Assembly: GCA_965602015.1 (NCBI GenBank)
Contig: OZ271918.1
Coordinates: 1,632,001-1,696,000, forward strand
From: Salinispira sp.
GTDB lineage: Bacteria; Spirochaetota; Spirochaetia; DSM-27196; Salinispiraceae
Length of the DNA: 64,000 nt
Reading direction: 5' to 3'
Part shown: positions 9,069 through 18,668 of the stretch, piece after piece
Layout of the letters: each line of letters starts with the position of its first letter
Numbering within the stretch: the stretch's first letter is position 1
Program-made: the position numbers and the translations under genes
Notes under the pieces: model-generated
What the model saw: the letters and a program-made list of their open reading frames with translations, nothing else
What the model was told of the DNA's origin: nothing
Databases searched by the model: none

Positions 9069-11123
9069 ATGGACAAACTCGAACTGGTAATTATTGAAGA
9101 CGACGCGATTATAGGCCTTGATCTTAAGCGCCGCCTCAACCGGATGGGAATCCAGACAGTTCATATTTTCTCAGATGCGCCAAAGGCGCTTCATCATCTA
9201 CGTGAAGAGCGCTGCGACCTGGTGCTCATGGATATCCGCTTACCCGGTGAGATGGATGGTATCGACGCGGCGGCGATCATCAGGAAGCGCTACGGCATCC
9301 CGGTGGTTTTCGTAACGGGCTACGCAGATGAGGCCACCCTGGAGAGGGCCCGCATCGCTGAACCGATGGGCTATATCCTCAAACCCTTCAAAGAACACGA
9401 AATCTACGCAACCATCACCATAGCGGTATACAAGAGTCAAATGGAGTCCGAACTTCGTACCCAGAAAGAAATGCAGAGTTCGATTCTCAATAATATCCAG
9501 GATGCCATCATCACAACGGATGAGGATATTTGCATCCAGTTTATGAACCCAAAAGCAATGAAACTTCTTAATATCGATAACTTCGCCATCCAACGGGAGC
9601 TGGGAGGCTATTCAACAGAACTGGAAGATTTCTGCCGCAAGCTGCTGGGAACCGGCACCGGCCATTCCCAGAGATGGGAAAACCACCTGCTGAGCATAAA
9701 TGAGCAGCTGCTCATCGTCGACCTGAGCATTTCCCGCCTGATGCTCAGCGAAAGCGACGACAAGAGCAAAGGCTACCTCATCGTCATTCATGACAACACC
9801 CAGCTCAAAACGATGGAAGCACAGGTTGCATTTCACGAAACCCACGACCGCCTCACCGGGCTGGTGAACCGAACCGAGTTTCAGGCGGACCTCGACAGGG
9901 AGCTGGGTAAGTCCTGGGAGGATCTGCAGCAGCGCAGCCTTGTTTTCTTCGACGTTAATCAATTCACCATGGTGAATGAACTGCACGGTCATCTCGCCGG
10001 TGATGAACTTCTCAAGGCCGTAGCCCGCCGGCTCCAGACGTCCTTCCCCAATGCCCTGTCGGTGTCCCGGCTGGGTGATGACGAGTTTGCCCTTATTCTG
10101 CAAAACCAGGAGCAAACCAGCAATGAGGGTCAGGTCAGGCAGTTCCTTCAGGAAATCAATTACAGCAAGTTCGACTTTCAGGGCGAACAGTTCCCCTACA
10201 GTCTGACCGCTGGAATGACTCATTTCAGCAAGGAAGTGCTGAATTCCCATGTTCTGTTGAGCATCGCTATCGATGCTACCCTCCTGGCGAAAAAAGATGT
10301 CAGCGGGTATTTTCGTCTGCTCAGCCTCGAGGATGAAGTGTTTCTCAAGCGGCGAGGCGAGCTGAAGTGGATTAGCGTCATCACCGAAGCCCTTGAGTCC
10401 GACCGATTTTCACTCTATTACCAGCCGATCGAACCGATACGAAAGGACTCAGATCTTGGCTATAAGGTCGAACTGCTATTGCGGCTCAGAGGTGAAAATG
10501 ATGAAATCATCCCGCCCGGCGAGTTTATCCCTGCGGCGGAGCGCTACGATCTGATGCATTTGGTAGACCAGTGGGTAATCAAGACCCTATTAAGAAATTT
10601 CCGTCAGGCAGAACTGGCGGTGGGAAGGGAGAACACGGTTTTTTGCATCAATCTGTCCGGATCATCAATGCTCAACAGCAGCCTCAAGGATTTTATTATC
10701 AGGGAAATCAGTGAGAACGAGGTGGACCCCCGTCAGATTTGTCTGGAAGTGACAGAGACCGCCGCAATATCGAACATGACCAATGCCACCGAGCTCATAC
10801 GGGAGCTGCGGGAATTCGGCTGTCTTTTTGCCTTGGATGATTTCGGGAACGGATTCTCTAATTTTAATTACTTGAGATATCTATCCGTCGATTACCTCAA
10901 AATTGACGGCAGCTTCGTCCGGAATATGCATGAGGACAGCATATCCCGGGCCATGGTCGAGGCGATTCACCGGCTCGCCAAGGCGGTCAATATCCGTACC
11001 ATCGCGGAATTCGTCGGGAATATGGAAATTTTACGGATTCTCGATGAAATCGGGGTTGAGTACGCCCAGGGATTCGTTCTCGCCCGGCCGACTCCCCTTC
11101 TTGAGACACGCACAGCGGTTTGA
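9069..11123 (+). CDS. REC-PAS-GGDEF-EAL c-di-GMP signalling protein
   Basis: REC (EDD, DLVLMDI, T, KPF); PAS (DAIITTD...FMN); HDRLTGL, RLGDDEF; ELLLR, EVTET, DDFGNG, LKIDGSF, AEFV, AQGF. Confidence 0.92.
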   Translation: MDKLELVIIEDDAIIGLDLKRRLNRMGIQTVHIFSDAPKALHHLREERCDLVLMDIRLPGEMDGIDAAAIIRKRYGIPVVFVTGYADEATLERARIAEPMGYILKPFKEHEIYATITIAVYKSQMESELRTQKEMQSSILNNIQDAIITTDEDICIQFMNPKAMKLLNIDNFAIQRELGGYSTELEDFCRKLLGTGTGHSQRWENHLLSINEQLLIVDLSISRLMLSESDDKSKGYLIVIHDNTQLKTMEAQVAFHETHDRLTGLVNRTEFQADLDRELGKSWEDLQQRSLVFFDVNQFTMVNELHGHLAGDELLKAVARRLQTSFPNALSVSRLGDDEFALILQNQEQTSNEGQVRQFLQEINYSKFDFQGEQFPYSLTAGMTHFSKEVLNSHVLLSIAIDATLLAKKDVSGYFRLLSLEDEVFLKRRGELKWISVITEALESDRFSLYYQPIEPIRKDSDLGYKVELLLRLRGENDEIIPPGEFIPAAERYDLMHLVDQWVIKTLLRNFRQAELAVGRENTVFCINLSGSSMLNSSLKDFIIREISENEVDPRQICLEVTETAAISNMTNATELIRELREFGCLFALDDFGNGFSNFNYLRYLSVDYLKIDGSFVRNMHEDSISRAMVEAIHRLAKAVNIRTIAEFVGNMEILRILDEIGVEYAQGFVLARPTPLLETRTAV

Positions 11124-11800
11124 CGGGGGCGGTAGTGGACAACGCAGAACATCAAAAGTATATCGCAGAGCAGATGCACAGGGTTAAGAATAATTTCCAG
11201 CTGGTGCTCAGTCTGATAAATCTCCAAAGCGACTTCGCCGCGCTGCTTAGCAAGGAAGAGGCGTCGATGCGGCTGATGACCAGGGTGCACGCCATCGCCC
11301 TCGTACAGGAACTGCTGTATCTCGATTACCGCCGGACCGTGGATGCGGGAGGCGACACCCGGGCTGCGGGATTTGAGTTGAGGGAGTTGATCTTGCGGCT
11401 CATCGATTATGCATCCGGAGTCTATGGGGAAAGCGCGTACCACAGTCGGATGCGAATCGAACTTCCCGAGGGATACGAACTGGGAAGCCATGAAGGGGTA
11501 GCCGCCGCGTTGATTTTTAACGAACTGATAGTAAATAACCTGGTTCACGGCCCTCGGGGCAATGGCATACGATGTGAAATCACCGGAGAATCCCGTGGGG
11601 AAGCGCTGATCATTCAGATCCGGCAGGCAAACAGCTCCTGCCGCTTGGAAAACAACGTTCCCGCCCCCGCCGGATTGGGAAGCATTCTGGTTGAAAACTA
11701 TCTTGCTCAGCTCAATGGTCGGGTCGAATATGCAAACAGCGACGGTGACTTTGTGATTACTCTTTCACTTCCTCGGGGCAGCTTTCACCCTCTCACGTAA
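11120..11800 (+). CDS. Sensor-less HisKA_2-type histidine kinase
   Basis: H box EQMHRVKNNFQ, N box NELIVN, G2 GLGSILV; overlaps the upstream stop. Confidence 0.75.
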   Translation: MTGAVVDNAEHQKYIAEQMHRVKNNFQLVLSLINLQSDFAALLSKEEASMRLMTRVHAIALVQELLYLDYRRTVDAGGDTRAAGFELRELILRLIDYASGVYGESAYHSRMRIELPEGYELGSHEGVAAALIFNELIVNNLVHGPRGNGIRCEITGESRGEALIIQIRQANSSCRLENNVPAPAGLGSILVENYLAQLNGRVEYANSDGDFVITLSLPRGSFHPLT

Positions 11801-12524
11801 GAGCTCTGCGGGCGATAAAAATTGGCTTTTGACTTCGGGAATGCAGCGGGCGAAAGGAAAAATCGTCAAAGCAGGCAAGAAGGTCAAGACCGCCAGATCG
11901 AATCATTGCGGTCATTTCTTTTGGGGAGTATACCCGCTGGACATGTTCTTCGATATACCGCTCGCCGCCGATATCAAAGGTAAAGACGGTAACTCCCTGT
12001 CGCTTCAGGGGCCGATAACGGGTCTTTTGGGTGATACTTCCGTCGGGAACACTAAACTCCTCACGCACCCCGTGGTATCTCCAGTAGATTTCCGGGGTAT
12101 TGCTGTCAAAGATTACCAGGCCCCCGGGCGCCAATTGCGAAGCCAAATGCCGGAGGCAGGCAATGACCTCGCGCTTGTCATGTAAGTAATTGATGGCGTC
12201 ATATGCCAATACAATGCAGTGGGTGCTGTGGGGAAAGGTGAAGGTTCTCATATCTCCCTGATAAAATCTGGGCCCGTCAGCAGGGGATCGCGATACTGCT
12301 TCATCAATCATTTCGCAACTCACATCAACTCCGAAACAGTCAAAACCCCGTTCCTGAAGCAGCCGGGTTACATGTCCGGTGCCGCAGCCCATATCGCAGA
12401 GGCTCCGGGGAGTTTCCCGGGGAAGAAATTCAGTAAAGGCTTCTTCAATGAACTCAGGGTAATCCTGACTGTACTCTTCCCAGTGGTAGTGATAATAGCG
12501 GGAGAACATCTCATAGCGGCGCAT
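11793..12524 (-). CDS. Class I SAM-dependent methyltransferase
   Basis: DMGCGTG, GVDVS..MI, GDMR, DAINYL, LAPGG; start reset to ATG 12524 because the longer ORF overlaps the helicase gene. Confidence 0.88.
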   Translation of the reverse strand: MRRYEMFSRYYHYHWEEYSQDYPEFIEEAFTEFLPRETPRSLCDMGCGTGHVTRLLQERGFDCFGVDVSCEMIDEAVSRSPADGPRFYQGDMRTFTFPHSTHCIVLAYDAINYLHDKREVIACLRHLASQLAPGGLVIFDSNTPEIYWRYHGVREEFSVPDGSITQKTRYRPLKRQGVTVFTFDIGGERYIEEHVQRVYSPKEMTAMIRSGGLDLLACFDDFSFRPLHSRSQKPIFIARRALT

Positions 12525-12552
12525 TACACGATGATAGCATAACCGGGCCGGC

Positions 12553-14661
12553 ATGCACGAGCATATGCGACTGCTTGTGTCCCTCAAGCCTTTCCGGGCA
12601 CTATGCCCTATGGCCTTTTCCGCAGAAATCCTTTCTGACCGGCTGACGCGGCTGGAGAATATGCAGGGCTCGGATCCCGGTTTCGCGCTTCTGGCAGTGC
12701 TCTCCTTCGTCGAGTCGTTGCTAAGAGAGTACCTCGATGATTTCTCCCCCCGAACCTCAATGCCCGAGCTCATGCAAAGGTTCGGCGAGTCGTATTTCAA
12801 ACCCGGGACCTACCGGCTTTCGGCCGATAGAAGCGCTGTCGAGCTGCTGCACTACCAAAGGCTTGCCAACAATGTCCGACATCACTTTGCGAAAATCAGC
12901 GCTGAAGAATTGCAAGCGGCGCTGTTTAGGCTTTTCGCCTTTATTCGGCGGCTCAATATTCCCGGAGATGAAATATCCGGGCAACTGAAGCGAATCGAGC
13001 AATCCCTGGATGTATGGAACAGCAGAAAAAGTCACTTCGAAGATTTTCAAAAGCTGCTCGAGACCGGTTTTGAGCTGACCAGAAGCCTGCAGGAAAACAG
13101 TCTGCTTCGGGTCCAGCTCGACGGACGTATCAGCGAAATAAATCGAATGAGGCAATCAGGCCCATCAGAAACGTTCAACGAGCTGCCTGAAGACAACAGC
13201 CGGGAATCCTCGTATATCCGCCACCTCCGGCGCCTCAGTATGTATGCCCGCAGCCGCAGGGACTTCGAGCGGCAGCTGATAGAAGCCAGTGACGAGCAAA
13301 ATGCAGTTTTACGCAGAATACCGTCGGAGGGTGATTTCCTAGTCAGCGGCTCGGCGGGAACCGGTAAAACCCTGCTTCTAATCCTCGCCCTCGCAAACTA
13401 CGTGCGGAACCATGCCGGCGAACTCGACTTCTCGGCAGCCGTCGAACGGGTAAGCCTCCTGACCTATACAACGACCTTAACCAAGTACAACAGATATTTG
13501 GCAGGTCTGATTGGAGACAGCAGCCTTGAAATCCGCTACTCGACGGTGGATGCCCTGCTGAACCGCTTGATGGAGGAGCAGCTCGACGGACGCAGCATAC
13601 TCTATTCGACAGAAGACTTCCTTCCCATGTTTTTACAGGCCTATCATCCGGACTGCGGCCTGGACGCCCCCGACGCCCTGGATGAAATTGAGAACTACCT
13701 TTTTGCCCATAACATTTCCCGGGGAATATATATTGACGAGGCCGTGCTGAGGCGGGGCCGGGAGAAACCCCTTTCGCTCGATCAGAGACGAAGCATTTGG
13801 AATCAGAGAGACCGATTTTCTCAGCTTATGGAGGATACCCATCGGTACACCCGAAATTTCGGGAGGATACGTCTGCTGGAGAATATCGAGCAGCGAAGGT
13901 CGCTGGGAACTTTTACCCCGCCCTATAAAAAACTGTTTATCGATGAAATACAGGATTTAAATCTCGCTGACATCATGCTTCTCAAAAATATTTGCGGCGG
14001 AGGCCTGGTGATGGCCGGAGACCGGGACCAGAGCATTTTTATCGGCGGCTTTTCCTTCGAGTCCGCCGGCGTTATGCTGAGCAGGGGGAACAGCGCGATT
14101 CTCCGGAGAAACTTCCGGAACAGCGAGGGCATACAGCGCTTTGCCGCCGGTCTTCGGGAAACCGAAGATCCTTCGGCATTAAGTCATCGGACCGGTCCGC
14201 CGGTGGAGCTGTTTCCCCATGCGGCCGCGGACGAAGGCCTGCAGCGGGTCGTGGAGCGCTGCGATTTCGCCATTTCCGAGCTGGGTTACAGCCCTGAAAG
14301 CCTGGTTATCCTCAGCCCGAGGGGGAACGAACTCAAAGGTATTCGCCAGCTTCTCGAGCAGCGAGGCATAAACGCATTCCCGGTGAGGGGGAGACAGTTC
14401 GATTTCTCCCAAACCCCGGGGGTTCGGCTGTCCACCCTCCATTCGGTAAAGGGACTGGATTTCGCGGGGGTTTTGACGTATATCCCCAGCGATATTTACA
14501 CCGGCAAACATTACGACCAGCGGCTCGCATCTAACCTGCTCTACGTTGCCTCCACCAGGGCAATGGAGCTGCTCTGGTTTTTTTGCGAGGAAGGCAGTCC
14601 GGTCCACCGACAACTGTCGGCCGCTTTGGAAAATGGCTATTCACCAAGGAGCAAATCGTAA
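12553..14661 (+). CDS. UvrD/SF1 helicase with an N-terminal helical HEPN/DUF4145-like domain
   Basis: GSAGTGKT, LLTYT, IDEIQD, GDRDQSI, NFRNS, TLHSVKGLDF, LYVASTRA. Confidence 0.85.
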   Translation: MHEHMRLLVSLKPFRALCPMAFSAEILSDRLTRLENMQGSDPGFALLAVLSFVESLLREYLDDFSPRTSMPELMQRFGESYFKPGTYRLSADRSAVELLHYQRLANNVRHHFAKISAEELQAALFRLFAFIRRLNIPGDEISGQLKRIEQSLDVWNSRKSHFEDFQKLLETGFELTRSLQENSLLRVQLDGRISEINRMRQSGPSETFNELPEDNSRESSYIRHLRRLSMYARSRRDFERQLIEASDEQNAVLRRIPSEGDFLVSGSAGTGKTLLLILALANYVRNHAGELDFSAAVERVSLLTYTTTLTKYNRYLAGLIGDSSLEIRYSTVDALLNRLMEEQLDGRSILYSTEDFLPMFLQAYHPDCGLDAPDALDEIENYLFAHNISRGIYIDEAVLRRGREKPLSLDQRRSIWNQRDRFSQLMEDTHRYTRNFGRIRLLENIEQRRSLGTFTPPYKKLFIDEIQDLNLADIMLLKNICGGGLVMAGDRDQSIFIGGFSFESAGVMLSRGNSAILRRNFRNSEGIQRFAAGLRETEDPSALSHRTGPPVELFPHAAADEGLQRVVERCDFAISELGYSPESLVILSPRGNELKGIRQLLEQRGINAFPVRGRQFDFSQTPGVRLSTLHSVKGLDFAGVLTYIPSDIYTGKHYDQRLASNLLYVASTRAMELLWFFCEEGSPVHRQLSAALENGYSPRSKS

Positions 14662-14680
14662 AGCCTCAACCCGCCGAGCC

Positions 14681-15565
14681 TCAGCGATGGGAAATAATGC
14701 GGTATCCCTGACGGAATCCCCGGAGCTTGCGGGCCATTTGGGTAAGAAAACTGATTCGGGATGTGGTGGGAGGATGGGACTTGAACAGTCCGCTTATTCC
14801 CCTGCTCTCGGATATCCGACTTCGGGGCACCGCAACCTGACGTCCGAACCAGTTGACGTAAACCGGCGCGCTCTCCAGTTTGTGAAGGGCGCTGGTAAGG
14901 CTCATGGGATCGGCAATAAGCTGGGCTGCAGAATAATCCGCACCGTACTCCCGCAGGCGCATTATTGTCCGTTCCACCAGGACCGCGAGAACCGCAGTGA
15001 CACCCAAGGCGAGAAGTGACTGGGTAATCGGTATAAAGAACAGCAGCAGGGGGGCGAAAATGAGCAACGCGAGTATCATTCTGGGGACCGCTGTATATAC
15101 TGATCTGAAATGAGCCAGCAGGGTGAGCAGTCGGATGTCCCCGTGCTTGATGTGACTAATCTCGTGAGCCAGCACCGCCTCAAGTTCAGGTCTGGTCAGT
15201 GAAGAAATCAGTTGATTGCTCACGATGATCGCCGGGCCCTCTTCGGTTTCTACCGCGGCGGCGTTTGCCGATGGCTGCTCGCTGATATACACATCAGGTA
15301 CCCGATCGAGTCGGGCCCGGGCCGACAAGTCTGCAACAATGGCGTAAAGCGGTCCGTTGTAGTACGGCGACAGATGGTGCACGCCGGGAATTCTCTCGGG
15401 GTCGACCTTAGAAGCACCGAGGACGCCGCTGCCCAGCAGGACTAAGGCGGCCAAAAACAGCAGAGACGGCAGACCGAGCACCAGCGCCGGAAGAGCAAAA
15501 AAGACCCCGGTTAACAGGATGGTGGCCGCGTTCATGCTGTGACGATTATACACTATTGATCCCAT
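14681..15565 (-). CDS. HtpX-like M48 zinc metalloprotease
   Basis: NAAA, ELEAVLAHEISH, REYGAD, SHP...RI; TM segments. Confidence 0.9.
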   Translation of the reverse strand: MGSIVYNRHSMNAATILLTGVFFALPALVLGLPSLLFLAALVLLGSGVLGASKVDPERIPGVHHLSPYYNGPLYAIVADLSARARLDRVPDVYISEQPSANAAAVETEEGPAIIVSNQLISSLTRPELEAVLAHEISHIKHGDIRLLTLLAHFRSVYTAVPRMILALLIFAPLLLFFIPITQSLLALGVTAVLAVLVERTIMRLREYGADYSAAQLIADPMSLTSALHKLESAPVYVNWFGRQVAVPRSRISESRGISGLFKSHPPTTSRISFLTQMARKLRGFRQGYRIISHR

Positions 15566-15584
15566 ATATACCTCTGAGAGTAAT

Positions 15585-15601
15585 AAGCAAATTACATGCC
15601 A
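15585..15601 (-). promoter_or_regulatory. Sigma54 -24/-12 promoter of the HtpX-like gene
   Basis: Minus strand TGGCAT-GTAAT-TTGCTT against consensus TGGCAC-N5-TTGCW, 20 nt upstream of ATG 15565. Confidence 0.7.
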
Positions 15602-15837
15602 GGAACCAGTTTTGCTTTTTACAAATCGCGAAAGCAGCTAAATCACTATTATGCAGTGATTTACAACAGTTCCGTAGTAAACCGCCCACATGTTACCTGA
15701 TGCGAGGCATGACAAATGGGTCATATTTCCCCTGTTGCTCCACATCGGGGAAAAAACTGAGTATTTTAATCACACGAGGTTTGACAGAATGCCGGCTTAG
15801 TCGGAATACTTATGACCACGCAACTTTGGGAGGATCG

Positions 15838-18666
15838 ATGATGAAGAAGTATTTTACAGCAATTTTTCTGACGATAATCACAGCCTTAACAATAATTTCC
15901 TGCGCCACCGATGGGGTTTCCCCGGAACCGGTTGGCCAATCCGCCATTCCGCAGGATGAGGCAGTATTGCAGGGCAGGCTTGAAAATGGCCTGACATACT
16001 ATATTAGGGAAAATGCCAGGCCGGCGAACAAGGCGGAACTTCGCCTCGTTGTGAACGCCGGCTCGGTGCTCGAGGACGAAGATCAGCGAGGACTTGCCCA
16101 CTTTCTCGAGCACATGGCATTCAACGGAACAGAGAAGTATCCGGAAAATGAACTGGTTTCGTTTCTCCAGGAAATCGGAATGGAATTCGGCCCGGATATC
16201 AACGCCTACACAAGTTTTGATGAGACGGTGTATATGCTGTCGGTCCCCACCGATCGGGAAGGACTCCTCTCCCAGGGTTTTGAGGTTCTTGAAGAATGGG
16301 CATTTAATATGACCATCGACCGCGAAGAAGTGGTAAAAGAGCGGGGCGTCATTCTTGAAGAGTGGCGCTTGGGACGCGGTGCGAATCAGCGAATTCTGGA
16401 CCGCATTCTTCCGGTGCTTTTTGCGGATTCCCGATACGCCGTCCGACTGCCCATTGGAATCGAAGAAATCATCGTCAGCGCTGACCGGCAGCGGCTGGAG
16501 CGCTTTTACCGCGACTGGTATCGTCCCGAGCTCATGGCCATTGTGGCCGTCGGCGATTTCTCCGCAGAGGATGTGGAGCGGCAGATAATCGAACGTTTCT
16601 CGAGCTATTCCAATCCCGATAGCCCCCGCGAACGGGAACGATTTGACGTGCCCCGCCAGGATGAGCCCTTATTTGCCTTCGAGAGCGACCCCGAATCCAG
16701 CGTGGCATCAGTTGAAATACTCAATCGCTATGACGCCGCGGAATTACGGCAGCCCGAGGATTACAAAGAGCTTTTGGTGGATTCGCTGTTTTACTCCATG
16801 ATCAATTCCCGCTTATCCGAAATTGCACAGAGGGAAGACCCACCCTTCCTCACTGCCAGCGCCTATCAGTCTTCATACACCAGGTGGACCACTCACAGCG
16901 GAATAACGGCTCTTGTAAGCCCCTCGGGCATTAGCCGGGGCCTTGAAGCCATCTCTGCGGAATACGCAAGAATCTCCCAGCACGGATTCCTCGAGTCCGA
17001 GCTGGACCGTAGCCGACGAAATCTTCTCAGCGGCTTCGAATCGTTCTGGAAGGACCGGGATAACAGGGAGAGCGCATCCTTTCTCGGCTCGATTCAGGAA
17101 GCGTATTTAACGGGAACCCCGCTTCCGGACATAGATTGGGAATGGGAGCAGGCTCAACGCTGGCTCCCGGAAATTCAGCTCGGAGATTTTGCCGAACTGA
17201 TCGAAACCCGATTGGCGGATGACGATAGAATCGTGATCGTCAGCGGGCCGGAGGAGATAAACCGCTTCCCCCTGTCGGCCGAAGAAGCCCGCTTGATTTT
17301 TGCTACCGCGCTTGCGTCAAATCAGAACCCCTGGACCGAGGAACTGGCGGACGGTGTGCTCGTGGAGAATCCTCCTGCTGCCGGTCAAATCATTTCAGAA
17401 GATTATGATGAAAATGCCGGCATTTACAGCTGGAGCCTGTCTAACGGCGCCAGGGTCTATGTAAAACCCACGGATTTTAAGGAAGACGAAATACTGTTCA
17501 GCGCATTCAGTCCCGGCGGTCTTAGTCTGGTGTCCGATGATGAGTACGTATCGGGAAGCCTCGCCTCAACAATCGCCCAGATATCCGGCGTTGGTCAGTA
17601 CTCGTTGGTGGATCTCAACAAATTGCTTGCGGGCATAAACGTGAGCATCAGTCCCTACATCAGCGAATATGAAGAAGGGGTCAGCGGCTCGGCTACCCCG
17701 GCTGATCTCCAGACCCTGCTGGAGCTGAACTATCTCTTTTTTACCAGCCCGCGCAGGGATGACAGCGCATGGAACTCGTATTCCGGTCGTCTGGCGGAAT
17801 TCCTGCGCAACCAGGAACTGGACCCCCGCTATCAGTATCAGAACCGAATAAACGAGGTATTGTACGAGGATCACCCCCGCTCGAGGAACCTCCGCCCGGA
17901 GGATGTGGCCGAAGTTGACCTCACGAGCGCCATAGAGATTTATAGGCAGCGCTTCGCTGACGGCGGAGACTTCTCTTTTGTGTTTACCGGCAACGTCGAC
18001 CTGGAGCTTCTTCGTCCGCTTGTAGAGCAATGGATAGGCGGGCTGCCGGCCACGGGAAGCAATGAAAGCCCCGGAGATAACGGAATGGACTACTTCGCTG
18101 AAGATATACGCAGCGAACTGCGCCGGGGCATCGAAACCGCATCCATCGTCACCCAGGTATGGCACGGAGACGTGGAGTGGAGCTACGACAACCTGTATGA
18201 TATGGCAGCCCTGAGCGCAGCGCTGGATATCCTGCTCATCGAAGAAGTTCGGGAGGCCGCAGGGGGTACCTACTCGATTTATTCCACTTTCAGCATAGAC
18301 AATGTGCCCGACGAGGATTACCGATTCATCGTCCAGTTCAGCTCGGAGCCCGCCCGGGTCGATGAGCTCATCGGCCTGGTCAACGGAATTATCGAGCGAA
18401 TAGCCGAGGAAGGAATAGATCCGGACTACGCTGCGAAAGTATCAGAATCCCAGCGCATAAATTTTCGGGAAAACCTGGAACGAAATGGCTGGTGGAGTTC
18501 ACAGATGAAATTCCTGATAACCCAGGATCTCGGCTGGAATTACGCCACCGATAAACTTGAGTGGTACGACAACCTGACCGCTGATGATCTCAGTTCCTCG
18601 CTGCGGCGCTGGCTGACCGATGCGACCTACGGCGAGATTATTCTCTATCCGGAGGATTTTGAATAA
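15838..18666 (+). CDS. M16 zinc protease, PqqL-like lipoprotein
   Basis: LENGLTYYI, GLAHFLEHMAFNGT (HxxEH), NAYTSFDETVY, duplicated halves, lipobox IISC; start reset to ATG 15838 after GGAGG. Confidence 0.92.
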   Translation: MMKKYFTAIFLTIITALTIISCATDGVSPEPVGQSAIPQDEAVLQGRLENGLTYYIRENARPANKAELRLVVNAGSVLEDEDQRGLAHFLEHMAFNGTEKYPENELVSFLQEIGMEFGPDINAYTSFDETVYMLSVPTDREGLLSQGFEVLEEWAFNMTIDREEVVKERGVILEEWRLGRGANQRILDRILPVLFADSRYAVRLPIGIEEIIVSADRQRLERFYRDWYRPELMAIVAVGDFSAEDVERQIIERFSSYSNPDSPRERERFDVPRQDEPLFAFESDPESSVASVEILNRYDAAELRQPEDYKELLVDSLFYSMINSRLSEIAQREDPPFLTASAYQSSYTRWTTHSGITALVSPSGISRGLEAISAEYARISQHGFLESELDRSRRNLLSGFESFWKDRDNRESASFLGSIQEAYLTGTPLPDIDWEWEQAQRWLPEIQLGDFAELIETRLADDDRIVIVSGPEEINRFPLSAEEARLIFATALASNQNPWTEELADGVLVENPPAAGQIISEDYDENAGIYSWSLSNGARVYVKPTDFKEDEILFSAFSPGGLSLVSDDEYVSGSLASTIAQISGVGQYSLVDLNKLLAGINVSISPYISEYEEGVSGSATPADLQTLLELNYLFFTSPRRDDSAWNSYSGRLAEFLRNQELDPRYQYQNRINEVLYEDHPRSRNLRPEDVAEVDLTSAIEIYRQRFADGGDFSFVFTGNVDLELLRPLVEQWIGGLPATGSNESPGDNGMDYFAEDIRSELRRGIETASIVTQVWHGDVEWSYDNLYDMAALSAALDILLIEEVREAAGGTYSIYSTFSIDNVPDEDYRFIVQFSSEPARVDELIGLVNGIIERIAEEGIDPDYAAKVSESQRINFRENLERNGWWSSQMKFLITQDLGWNYATDKLEWYDNLTADDLSSSLRRWLTDATYGEIILYPEDFE

Positions 18667-18668
18667 AC

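Noticed and set aside
12525..12800. N-terminal extension of the methyltransferase ORF
   Set aside because: It overlaps the helicase gene on the opposite strand; the methyltransferase fold begins at MRRYEMF (12524).
15556..15837. 94-aa N-terminal extension of the M16 protease
   Set aside because: It overlaps the divergent gene start and regulatory DNA; the RBS and lipoprotein signal place the start at 15838.
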